The position numbers and the translations under genes were made by a program. A model generated the notes under the pieces. The model was given only the letters and a program-made list of their open reading frames with translations. It searched no databases and was not told the origin of the DNA. From the sequence record NC_026927.1: 64,000 bases of DNA; one strand, given 5' to 3'. Shown here piece after piece: positions 12,001-20,300 of the stretch; the stretch's first letter is position 1, and each line of letters begins with the position of its first letter.

Positions 12001-15000
12001 TAGTCCAGCTGAAGAACTATATTACCTACCAGATACAACTTTAGCTAACAACCTCAAATCTCCTATCGAGATTCAACCAGTTGTTGATTATAGAGGTATA
12101 ACAACTTCTACAATGCCTGACAGAGTGTATGCCATCAAGAGGGATCTAAATGTATTCCAACTAGCACCAACTGCATCTGATGCACTTGCTGGTCAAGCAA
12201 TTGTTATCACTGGGTTTGGTACTGGTATTTCCCATAGATTGGGTATGATGAAGAAGCTAGAGAAGACTATCATTACCATTGATGGTGTTATCCAGTCTCC
12301 TATTACTAGCGCACTCAAAACATTCAATCTAGATGCACCACTAGGTTTTGATGACGAATATGCAGTTCTAACTGGTATTGGTACTATTCGTGTTGGTGAT
12401 CTATTTCTAATTGATGAGGAGTACTTAAAGATTGATAATGTTGGATTATCTACATCACAGACTGGTCCTATTAGTAATACTGGTACTATTCCTCTAATTG
12501 AAATTAGTAGAGGTGTTGTTGGTTCTTCCGCAACTAGTCATACTAGTGGTTCTGATCTCGATCTATACAGAGGTAGCTTCAATATTGTTGAGAGTGACGT
12601 TGTATTCACCGAAGCACCTGCTGGTAGGGGTGAGATTAATATCAATGAGTCCAACCTAGTACAGGTTAACTCATCATTCCAAGGTAGAACATTCCTACAG
12701 AGAGAGTATGATCAGATTGCACTATTTGATGATATCAGTGATTTGTTCAATGGTTCAGATTATGAGTTCAACATTACTTCCGCTGGTAGTACTATTGGTG
12801 AGATTGAGAATGGTTCTGGTGTTCTAACCATCAACGATATCTACCAAACTCCAACTACCGATAACAACGCAGGTAACAACTATTTCTATAGTTATGGAGC
12901 ACAAACTGGTATCAATACTCTAACCTTTACTGGTATTACTTCCACTAATGGTCAGAGAGTTGAGTCTAGATTTGATATCAATCAGAACCAGATTCCTCGC
13001 GGTGGTGTTATCGTATCACTAGGTTCTACACCTGGTTTGGGATACGCCCCACTCTATGGAGCAAAGATAACTCCAGTAGTTACTGGTGGTGTTATTACTG
13101 ATATTGTAACAACCAATAGAGTTGGTTTTACAACTGATGTTCTTTGGGCAGACTATGATAACGAAACTGGTGACTTGGTTGTTTCTGGTATTGGATCGGC
13201 ACTAACCACACAGTTCAACATCACAGATGCCGACTATCGTAACACCTCCGGCGTCCTAATTATCACGAGCGCAACTTCTCTAATATCTGCTGGTATCAAC
13301 CCAGGTGATATTATGTATCTGAGAGGTATGGACTTCTCCTGTACTTCAGGTGGAGCACCTGCCACACTTACATACCCAGACCAAGACCCAGTATACGCTG
13401 TGGATAGGATTGTAGATGAGTTTAGGTTCTCAGTGAACGCTGGAATATCTACTATTCCACATACTTATGTTTCTGGTGGTACCTGGCAAAAGTATTCACC
13501 ATTCCAGTTTGGAAGGGAACAGATTAACCCCAAACAGGTTTATCTAAATGGTTTGGAGTTTGATTGTACCAATAGTCCATTCATCACTACCAATATCTTC
13601 CCTGATAGTTTCGAGTCAGCATCTTTTGTTACTCGTGATGATGATGCACACTTCAGACTAAACGTTGGTATCGCAAGTTTCACACACGACTATGTTGGTA
13701 GTGGAATCTTTGGTCAGTATATTGAAAACAACCCAGGTTCTGGTTATATCGATAGAGTTTCTATCGCAGTTACTGATCCCAACCACTCTGGAACACCTGC
13801 AGAGATTGTGGGTATCCCAACTGCTGGTGGTGAGTTATCATTCACAATTATTGGTGGTGGTTCTGGATATAACCAACCAACCACAGATACCTTTGCTCCT
13901 GATCCAGCATACTTTAACCTTCCAGTTATTGGTGTATCTAGGAGAAATGTTGGATTCACAACTATCACTGGTAAGAATCTCTTTGTAACTGTTGAGGTAT
14001 CTGCAGCAACCACCACGGCAATCGGTCGTAGTGAGTTCTTTGAAGTTAGTGGTTACCAAATCACTAACCAGGGTTATGGTTTTGAAGAAGGTGATGTTAT
14101 TGAGGTTGTTGGTATTCCTACTGATAAGAATCTATCCCAACCAATTGAACCCTTCCAACTCACAGTTCTAGACACCTTCACCGATAACTTCTCCGCCTGG
14201 AACTTCGGTGAAACTGATTATATTGATAGTATCAAGACTCTACAGGATGGTTCAAGACTTAACTTCCCACTTTCATACAAAGGTGAGGAACTATCCTTCG
14301 AATCAAATCCCTCCAATGAAGACTCTGCGGCAATTGATTTAGACGCTATCCTCCTCATCTATGTGAATACAGTACTACAAGTACCTGGTGTAAGTTATGA
14401 GTTTACTGGTGGTAACACCTTTACATTCTCACAACCACCATTCCCACAGGATGATGTTGATATTTACTTCTATAGAGGTAAGAGGAATATTGATAGTACA
14501 GTTATTACTGAAATTGATGAATCTATTAGACCTGGTGATCAGTTACAACTTGTTAAAAACAATAAGTACAATGACAATGTATTCATTGACCTAACCAGAA
14601 CACAGGACCTTAGAACAGTCACAGAGATTGCTTCTTCTGACACAGTTAGAACTAATATCTACTTTGGTAACAAAGACTTAGATACTCTAAGAGAAAGGCA
14701 AGTCGGTTGGGAAAAACAGAAGAGAGATATCTTCATCTATGGTGAACCAGCACCTAAGACTAGAGATAGTCTAGAACCTGTTATTGTACCAACAGCGGCA
14801 ATCATCAGAGATACCTCCAAATCACAAACAGAACTCTTTGTTAGTAACTCTGAGATATTTGTTTATGAAGAAGATGTTCCTGGTTCTAGTATTGTTCTAA
14901 CCAATATCAGTGGTGAGATCTATAGACCAGTTGAGTATAAGTACAATCCACCAGTACTATTCGAACCCGCGTCAATACGCGCGAATGTAGATGGTAATGG

Positions 15001-15754
15001 TAAAGTAACTTCACTCACAATCCTAGACGCAGGACAAGGTTACCCAACAGGTACTGAAATCACTATTGGTATTTCTTCCACGGGTGATAGGGCAGAGGTT
15101 GGTACTACTATCCTCAATCCAATTGATGGTTCTATTATCTCTGTTATCCTATCTAAGAGTGGATCTGGTTACAATCAAAGTAACCCACCATTCGTTCTTA
15201 TTTCAGAACCACAGGTAGATATTGAACCTTTGGAACTTATTCCAAATATCCAAGGTTTCAGTGGTATTGTTACTGGTATTCAGGCAACTACAGGTTCCTC
15301 TGGGGCAACCAAGGGTATCCGGGTATTCTACACAGTAGATTCCACAGTTGTTGCTTCTGAACTAAATGCAGGTTACTCAGTTGTTCTATCTAATACTGTT
15401 GTTGGTAATGGTGTTGAAACTATCGGAACTAACGCAGCAACCGTGGTTGGTTTGGGAACACAGTTCCTAGATGCTGTTTATGAGATTAGGTCTAATGGTA
15501 ACCTAGGAATAAATGGTGTATGGGAAGCAAATGTATCCAATGGAACTAACATATCTGGTATTGATATTTCTGGAGATAACCTCGGAAGTTTCAGCTGGGG
15601 TAGGTTATCCAATGTTCCAAGAGATATTGATTTGGCACTCTCATACAATGTAGATGGAACTACATACTCACCCAATATGGATAACTACCCAACTCTCAAG
15701 AGAAGTAGTGAAGGTCTCCGTAACGAAGGTGGTATCGCTAAGAGGGTTCTGTAG
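3077..15754 (+). CDS. gp7: Giant baseplate wedge initiator / virion structural protein (gp7-like), 4225 aa
   Basis: Lies between gp6 and gp8. N-terminal QLPDYI...FLKQFY and YQSKGSEESFKILFRVLYG motifs, and VHPSGLKNF, are typical of cyanophage gp7-like proteins. Contains many HGFxxGD and GSGY repeats. Confidence 0.8.
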   Translation: MIGTELGIDVRVKIQDVVSSQLPDYILSEAPLTDDFLKQFYISQEYQGGTVDFASNLDQYLSLTTLGSENLYTAFELTQDVSIDDTIIHVNTTSTFPNEWGLLKIDDEIVTYTGLTTNTFTGVVRGFSGISSYRDSDNPSELVFETTTAATHTTETNVENLSTLFLKNFYDKLKYTFAPGFENLEFNSEVSVGQWIRQARSFYQSKGSEESFKILFRVLYGEDPLVIDLEQFLIKPSQAEYSRRDYAVAIPVSGNPITLKGKTVYQSDAEDVFGAISEIETFTRDNKLYYRIYFFVSNDEIANERKLFTIPGRSRTQRGWNQGDTTITVDTTLGFRDNNEFITEDGTKFTYLERTVNQFLGVECSDTEKTLGTNEDIIDDITIFGINDAGETVSLRMTGVISDIEFPDEVPFTTPGEKISVDTLGENIISADVTRSEPTQRQIIANSFIYNTSVRMEVDELNGSDFQINTAYLDKAFISPGDSVDILQRGSQLVYVANRKVTSVDYLNSIITINDSFGIPLDQSLDIRRNQNYAKSSTTDIEYGQNSVLSNVLNLYDATEFDGNFYVATNSLPSYDMEVKVVESILTGVTTSNFEGYNSFTDQYSTIIFDSATSFITGDLISYRVISVERTGIPLITEGEYFVEVLSNPRKIKLYVSPSFIGSDNFVGFVYNDAVGAHAFTLEEQKDRRINTKNVFKKIPFTATKQNITIPRTPDVTPSGSPVAVLTNGVEVLSYKSPDKVFLGPLEEVVPVASGEGYSVIGPPNILITPPNIQVTDPTGIPTDGGVARVSPVISGRLKKIYIDPQDFDIEEVFSITVVGGNSRGATAKPQISKRTRSIPFDTRLDIYGGGINPNEETILFLTEHKLAKGDAIIYENNDTQSIGVNVAGGSNIYNGQTLSNGAVYFAEPLNNVTIKIYETLEDLNLGINTVGFTSSQTGFGVQDFTTIPRNQLTGASITDDGGEFVYRKMEFQPENIYPEYDELRYDGHGFASGDLVEYGTFGSVVGGLSTEKQYYVDALDENIIKLSDAGIGGTSRFDYDRKDYVDFTNIGVGTQFIKYPDVTVNVVVSYASSITGIITATPIIRGGIIQTYVETGGYYGSDILNFAKTPEVTVQTGEGARIKPVIVNGKVTTVQILSKGINYPPTPDLRVIDKSRKGAGALLRPVVIDGAIQSVVVISTGENYDPLNTDITVIDTARRCILVPRITPLTVNTFARFGFEGLSNNDYSVVAYDRKIREDVYGDLGDSHSPIIGWANDGNPIYGGFGFDDPENSSSGFRAMRTSYELFPGEIYGRPPLTLYPAGSFVEDYKFTDNGDLDIYNGRYGRTPEYPNGVYAYFAGISTDTQSLAREPQFPYFIGPEFRDGLGIQDNTVSQDFDINNKDIFRNTFPYAVGNPIIGSEFLDQSYLEDTQDSIIQSINNGTVDNLTIVGAGVSYSVGDIVNFDDTFDYISVVVDQVDGPEVTQIQTLIKSYGKAETKVIKVDNTTVRVYVDPFHEYLDGDKVVISGLSTNTDQLNGTHEINFMREQMTMFAPIPPTLFETVSDIFVNTISDKVSVGSSITVGLGTLSEDMEVINIFPINKALRVKRPVGYGFTHPIGDAVNIAPNYFDIKKNVDSFPSEIDVEYYFNPHQTVAVGLETGVSVGLVYSIGTIDKNISVQTQRIYAPSHGFRTGEEITFEKNDTDTALVVTDGSTVYTLPGVGNTSNAYVVSLSKNYIGIRTVTDGPDLFFSTDGSDSPLYSIKTNRFAETALVDRIQAEVKTKTDHRLGNDDQIFTDVISSGKSGVGTNPNIKLEFDDSSQSLIVDPYFTQPSDIDTVNNLININNHGYTNGDIVLYQNYGSSIGGLTTHHKYYTIPFDRDKFYVAETFVDVRPGTKLPVNLTSVGIGSHKFSKVNPPLLITNNNDIEFDVSSPTLFGKTLEFFFDRTLTEIFDNNSIDNVFVVSGVSTEGYEDARKSIRYSDNNPDVFFYGITEGGYISTADTEVSRNNSIRYEASEYAIEGRVTVIDDSTFTYTLNTIPEKPLYTNPDTQLSYKTSSSTALGGVGRLNIIFSGNNFPALPEFEGIQTEYGQNATIRAESDDIGTLASFRIQNAGWDYSADNTLRPFGVIQPTIRFDNSDFVTEVTVLDGGNGYQNPPNAVLVDSVTREVVDNGSIILEVQSSTITDVIVEVAPSGLSKDLQELWTVNNSNGIPILLIGNIDNVAGVVTYTVQTPIEGYATPPFSVGDRVFVENILVDQDAPPSKLNSGDYGYQFLEVVAVTPTNPITIGIQYPEEAIGNLGYGVTFQQAFSGIVNEDIYPKFAVQQTTAVFLEGERLSIFDSFGNLDETDLVVEESNTSFFKVTGNYDLLVGDVLKGNNSGVILTVTEIDSSSCRYLVDSISRINTGWNDKTGFLNEETQNLPDNDYYQNLSYSIKSTINFEELINPVNRLVHPSGLKNFSDTKIESIGDIGVGSSESSESTVTIDFIGLTDIAETPLRVDRINVFDLGWDANVNNNRSNAIRLQSRTPNKRLTDYIEVRTNRVLMHDDISNEFIDSDNASSKSPYSEFNIITGEYTRGLVQARNPFTDQVQFTEIIVLSVDNSAFTLQKASISDNDLGYGIFEGRSLASSEYQMRFTPFNTDDFDIDLKLLSHKFIFSGESAEEIGYVNLAGNTLSTPDAASTQIYGASNSNNRAVVVHANITTIDGLLYYYEIYAFTDGTDVYYAPYGYSSDVLKGFNSELDGDFNATLQGGKLAIYFTNNTGGPVSITTKSIEFKQSFSGTSPYRFKKNNVPDTEERSIILDSVSTAGVSTQTTEVFRYDTTLFQSVRSIVHISGTDVGAIHQVMTINSDGSTYCEVYPFITEGDEVDSTSGIGTFGSSIDGTDMVLTFYPDAAIGSQALTLTSYNETFYRELDEVNYTFGRPLVYSESEENYYLERYIAPLGLRNNLLRFPLTYEGIPIYEKAFDPATTISINNGNLTLFNITEHFFSPAEELYYLPDTTLANNLKSPIEIQPVVDYRGITTSTMPDRVYAIKRDLNVFQLAPTASDALAGQAIVITGFGTGISHRLGMMKKLEKTIITIDGVIQSPITSALKTFNLDAPLGFDDEYAVLTGIGTIRVGDLFLIDEEYLKIDNVGLSTSQTGPISNTGTIPLIEISRGVVGSSATSHTSGSDLDLYRGSFNIVESDVVFTEAPAGRGEININESNLVQVNSSFQGRTFLQREYDQIALFDDISDLFNGSDYEFNITSAGSTIGEIENGSGVLTINDIYQTPTTDNNAGNNYFYSYGAQTGINTLTFTGITSTNGQRVESRFDINQNQIPRGGVIVSLGSTPGLGYAPLYGAKITPVVTGGVITDIVTTNRVGFTTDVLWADYDNETGDLVVSGIGSALTTQFNITDADYRNTSGVLIITSATSLISAGINPGDIMYLRGMDFSCTSGGAPATLTYPDQDPVYAVDRIVDEFRFSVNAGISTIPHTYVSGGTWQKYSPFQFGREQINPKQVYLNGLEFDCTNSPFITTNIFPDSFESASFVTRDDDAHFRLNVGIASFTHDYVGSGIFGQYIENNPGSGYIDRVSIAVTDPNHSGTPAEIVGIPTAGGELSFTIIGGGSGYNQPTTDTFAPDPAYFNLPVIGVSRRNVGFTTITGKNLFVTVEVSAATTTAIGRSEFFEVSGYQITNQGYGFEEGDVIEVVGIPTDKNLSQPIEPFQLTVLDTFTDNFSAWNFGETDYIDSIKTLQDGSRLNFPLSYKGEELSFESNPSNEDSAAIDLDAILLIYVNTVLQVPGVSYEFTGGNTFTFSQPPFPQDDVDIYFYRGKRNIDSTVITEIDESIRPGDQLQLVKNNKYNDNVFIDLTRTQDLRTVTEIASSDTVRTNIYFGNKDLDTLRERQVGWEKQKRDIFIYGEPAPKTRDSLEPVIVPTAAIIRDTSKSQTELFVSNSEIFVYEEDVPGSSIVLTNISGEIYRPVEYKYNPPVLFEPASIRANVDGNGKVTSLTILDAGQGYPTGTEITIGISSTGDRAEVGTTILNPIDGSIISVILSKSGSGYNQSNPPFVLISEPQVDIEPLELIPNIQGFSGIVTGIQATTGSSGATKGIRVFYTVDSTVVASELNAGYSVVLSNTVVGNGVETIGTNAATVVGLGTQFLDAVYEIRSNGNLGINGVWEANVSNGTNISGIDISGDNLGSFSWGRLSNVPRDIDLALSYNVDGTTYSPNMDNYPTLKRSSEGLRNEGGIAKRVL

Positions 15755-15759
15755 GGTGT

Positions 15760-15767
15760 TATAAATA
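15760..15767 (+). promoter_or_regulatory. Late promoter (TATAAATA) for gp8
   Basis: Exact T4 late consensus about 40 nt upstream of the gp8 ATG. Confidence 0.75.
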
Positions 15768-15803
15768 GGGTTTAGGTACTGTATCCTAAATCCTGTATAT
15801 ACA

Positions 15804-17348
15804 ATGGCTGCTTTAATCACAGATGATTTTAGGATGTTTAACGCCGACAACTTCATCGAATCTGTAACTGATCCGAATAACTCATATTATATCTTTGTAG
15901 GTCTTCCCAACCCGGTTGGTGGAGGCTATGGTAGATCCCTTAATTGGAATAATGATCCACCACAACCCATCGATAACTTCGCATACCTCCGTCATTGTTA
16001 TGACACTATGATGTATGGACGAAGAATCACGCCTGGAAATGTCAAGAGGGTGATTCGTCGTATCAACTGGGTCAAGGGGACCAGATACGATCAGTATCGA
16101 GATGACTATAGTGTGAATAACGTTTCACCTAATACTGGTTCCACCAGACTATACGATGCCAACTATTACATTATTAATAGTGAGTTTAAAGTATATACTT
16201 GTTTGAGTAATGGTTCTAACGGCAATAACCCTAAGGGTGCTGGATCTGAGGATGAACCTAACTTTGTAGACACTGAACCGTCCGCAGCAGGTTCCAGTGG
16301 TGATGGATACATATGGAAGTATTTGTTTACAGTATCTCCTTCCGACGTTATCAAGTTCGATAGTACCGACTACATCACTGTACCCAATGACTGGGGTACA
16401 ACTGATAACTCACAGATTGTTGCCATTAGAGAAAGTGGAGACTCCCTCATCAATGATAGTCAACTAAAACAAGTTTATGTTGATATCCAAGGTGTTGGAT
16501 ATGCTGGAGGTATAGGTCAGGAGTTACCTATTATTGGTGATGGTGAAGGTGCTAGAGCCATTGTTGATGTCAACTCTGGACGTGTTACTAACGCTATTAT
16601 TGCCAAGGGTGGTAAGAACTATAGTTGGGGTTTGGTTGATCTTGGTACTATCAATCAGAGTGCTACAACAGCAGCCAAACTAGATGTTATCATCCCACCC
16701 TCAAGAGGACATGGTTATGATATCTACCAAGAACTAGGTACCGACAGGGTTCTAGTATATGCTAGATTTGATGACTCTACTCAAGACTTCCCTATTGATA
16801 CTAAGTTTGCTCAGATTGGTTTAGTTAGAAACCCAACAGTTAATGGATCTAACCAGATCTTCACTGAGAACACATTCACTTCCTGTGAATCACTCAAGAT
16901 GTTATCTTTCAGTGGTGGTGTAGAAGTTGGTGATATTATCAATCAAGATACTACAGAAGGTACCGCTAGAGGATATGTTGTTTCCTTTGATGAGGAAACA
17001 AAGGTTATGAAGTATATCCAGGATAGGTCACTATACTATAACCCCAATACATATGATAATACTGACTATGTTGGTATTACTACTAGTGGAAAGAAGATAT
17101 CCTTTGAGTCTAATCTAAACCCAGTTATTACTAACGACGGTTTCCTATCTACTATTGATACAACCTTTAATGGATCTACCGAAACAGTGGGTGCCAAATC
17201 AGTAGAACTCGGTGTAGAATTCACAAATGGGGTTGCAGTATCGGAGATAAATACTCAGAGTGGTGAGATACTTTACTTGGATAACAGACCAGTAGTACCC
17301 AGGAATCCACGACAAAAAGAAGACGTTAAGATCATCTTGGAATTCTAA
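15804..17348 (+). CDS. gp8: Baseplate wedge subunit gp8
   Basis: VIRRINWVKGTRYDQYR, YYIINSEFKVYTCLSN and DGYIWKYLFTV motifs; follows gp7. Confidence 0.9.
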   Translation: MAALITDDFRMFNADNFIESVTDPNNSYYIFVGLPNPVGGGYGRSLNWNNDPPQPIDNFAYLRHCYDTMMYGRRITPGNVKRVIRRINWVKGTRYDQYRDDYSVNNVSPNTGSTRLYDANYYIINSEFKVYTCLSNGSNGNNPKGAGSEDEPNFVDTEPSAAGSSGDGYIWKYLFTVSPSDVIKFDSTDYITVPNDWGTTDNSQIVAIRESGDSLINDSQLKQVYVDIQGVGYAGGIGQELPIIGDGEGARAIVDVNSGRVTNAIIAKGGKNYSWGLVDLGTINQSATTAAKLDVIIPPSRGHGYDIYQELGTDRVLVYARFDDSTQDFPIDTKFAQIGLVRNPTVNGSNQIFTENTFTSCESLKMLSFSGGVEVGDIINQDTTEGTARGYVVSFDEETKVMKYIQDRSLYYNPNTYDNTDYVGITTSGKKISFESNLNPVITNDGFLSTIDTTFNGSTETVGAKSVELGVEFTNGVAVSEINTQSGEILYLDNRPVVPRNPRQKEDVKIILEF

Positions 17349-17351
17349 TCA

Positions 17352-20300
17352 ATGTCTCAGATTAACCTAGATACCAGCCCATACTTTGACGACTTCGATC
17401 CGTCAAAGGACTACTATAAAGTACTCTTCAAGCCAGGATTCCCGGTTCAAGCAAGAGAACTTACCACTCTGCAATCAATTTTACAGAACCAGGTAAGTAA
17501 CTTTGGAAAGCACCTCTTCAAAGAGGGATCCATGGTTATCCCTGGTAGTATAACTTATAATGCAAAGTATGAGTCTATTGTCATAAACAAACAACAGGGG
17601 GGTATCGACGTTTCTCTATATGCTTCTCGACTAGTTGGTAAAACTATTCAGGGTAAAACTAGCGGAGTTACCGCTAAGGTTATTAACTTCCTACTACCAC
17701 CAAATAACGGAGTAACAAGCCCAACAATCTTTGTTTCATATATCAATAGTGGTTCGGATGCGGCAACAACTGTTTTCGACAATAACGAGGAGTTAATTTC
17801 CACTTCCGACATTGTATATGGTAATACTACAATTACTGCCGGGACTACATTTGCTAGTACTATTTCAACTCTATCCACAGCGGTAGGTTCTGCTGCCCAG
17901 ATCAGAGATGGTATCTACTTCATTCGGGGTTTCTTTGCTCAGGTTCGTGAAAGTGTAGTAATCTTAGAACCTTTTAGTAATACTCCTTCATATAGAGTTG
18001 GTCTACAGATCACTGAACAGGTTATTACTGCTGGTCAGGACAACTCACTATATGATAACGCCAAGGGGTTCAATAACTTCTCAGCACCAGGTGCGGATAG
18101 ACTAAAAATATCCACCAAACTTATTAAGAAACCACTAGACGATTATAATGATACTAACTTTGTAGAGTTATTACGTGTTGATAACGGTGAAGTTAAGAAA
18201 ATTGCGGAGAATAGTGACTATAATATCATTAAGGACTACCTAGCACAAAGAACCTATGAGGAGTCTGGTGACTATACCCTGTTTGGTATGGGTATTAAAG
18301 TTGCAGAGTCATTAAGTGATAACTTAGGTAACGGTGGTGTATATCAGTTTGATCAGAAAACAGAGCAAGGGGGAACACCCACTGACGATCTAGCGGTAGT
18401 TAAAGTATCTGCTGGTAAGGCATATGTTCGAGGTTATGACATCAATAATCCTGGAACTGTTAACCTAGACATCAACAAACCCAGAACAACAGAGAACGTC
18501 GAAGCAAGTTCCGTTCCCTTTGAGATGGGAAGTAAGTTCTTCATCAATAACGTTACAGGAACTCCTGTTATTGGTCTAGACGTTAATGATAATATCGTCG
18601 AACTATACAATGGTCGTGTAGATGGTGCAGGGTCCTCCACAGGAGACCTTATTGGTGAGTCTCGTGTATATTCCTATTCCCTAGAAGACGCACCCTATAC
18701 AGGTCCTTCTACACCTTGGAACCTATATCTATATGATACTCAGATCTTTACCAAACTAACTCTAAATGTAGATGCAACTGGTAATATCCTAACTTCATAT
18801 AAGGTGAGGGGTCTCAGTAGTAACGCTACTGGTTATGTTCGTTCTGTTAGTACCACAGAAGTAGTTCTAACTCAGGTATCTGGTGAATTTATCAGAAACG
18901 AAGCTATTTCTGTTAATGGAAAGATATCCAGTTCACTTAGTGTATCTTTAGTTGATAGTTACAGGAATAACGATGTTAGATCCATTAGCCAGGCAAGTTC
19001 CTCACTAGATCCAAACATTGAAGTTGACTTTAGTGCAGATACTCTCCAATACTCTGCTATTCCAACTGGTTTCACAGCTTCAGATTCAGTTACAATCACT
19101 ACTGGTGGTGTTGTTACTTGTCCTGGTAGAATATTTGATGCTTTCCGAGTTGGTGATGTTATTGGATATCAGAAAGCTGGATCAGAAGTAATTACATACA
19201 ATCAAGTATTATCACTCAACGCCACTAACACCAGTATTACTGTTGATGCAGTTGCAAATGTTGCTGGTGTTTGTGATGGAACTTTACCTTCATCCGAAAC
19301 TAGATCTGGTATTAGGTTATACAACTCTAGACTCCTTAACCAAGAGATTTCTCAGTTATATGCAACTTTAGAAGAGAGGAATATTTCCAGTGTTGATTTG
19401 GCATCATCGTCATTAACCTTCGCCAAACAGATCAACAACTTATCTACAGATGCTAGTGGTGTTCTAACTGTAAATGTATCCGACCTAGATGTTTCTGGTG
19501 CGGTATTTGAAGCCTTTGATCAAGAGAGATATAGTATTCATTATTCCAATGGAACTACACAATCTCTTAGTTCTAGTCAGGTAACTATTACATCCTCAAC
19601 AGCAGAATTTACAAACTTACTCCCAAGTCAGACAACCAACGTAACACTCAATTGTACTGCTATCAAGACTGGTATTAAGTCTAAGACTAAAGTTCTACTT
19701 AGGTCTCAACTATTAGAAGTTACCAAGGCAAGCAGTGGTATTTCTACTGTGGCTCAGGGTTTGGGACAAAATGACTACTATGGTTTAAGGGTTGATGATG
19801 AAGAGATCTCACTAAATGTATCAGATGTAACTAATATTGTTGCTGTATATGAGTCATTGGATGATGGTACCCCAACGTTTGATGTTCTAGGTTTTGTCAA
19901 TGGTTTAGAACTAGACACTAGAGTTGCAGTTGGAGAACAGATCAAGGGTGATGTATCTGGTGCTATTGCTCGGGTTGTTACAGTTGCAACACCTGCTTCA
20001 GTCAATATTGTATACCTAACTGAATCAACTTTTGAAGTTGGTGAATTAGTTACGTTTATGGAATCCAAGATTGAAACTAATCTTCAATCTATTACAGAAG
20101 GTAACTACAGTAACATTACAAACAGATTTACACTTGATAAAGGACAACGTGAACAGTTCTATGACTATTCTCGTCTAGTCAGGAATAAGAATGCTAAAGC
20201 ACCTAACAAGAGAATACTAATCATCTATGATAGATTCGCTGTTCCAGTGAATGACAAAGGTGATTTCTACACTGCCAATAGTTACTCCGAAGAAGACTTC

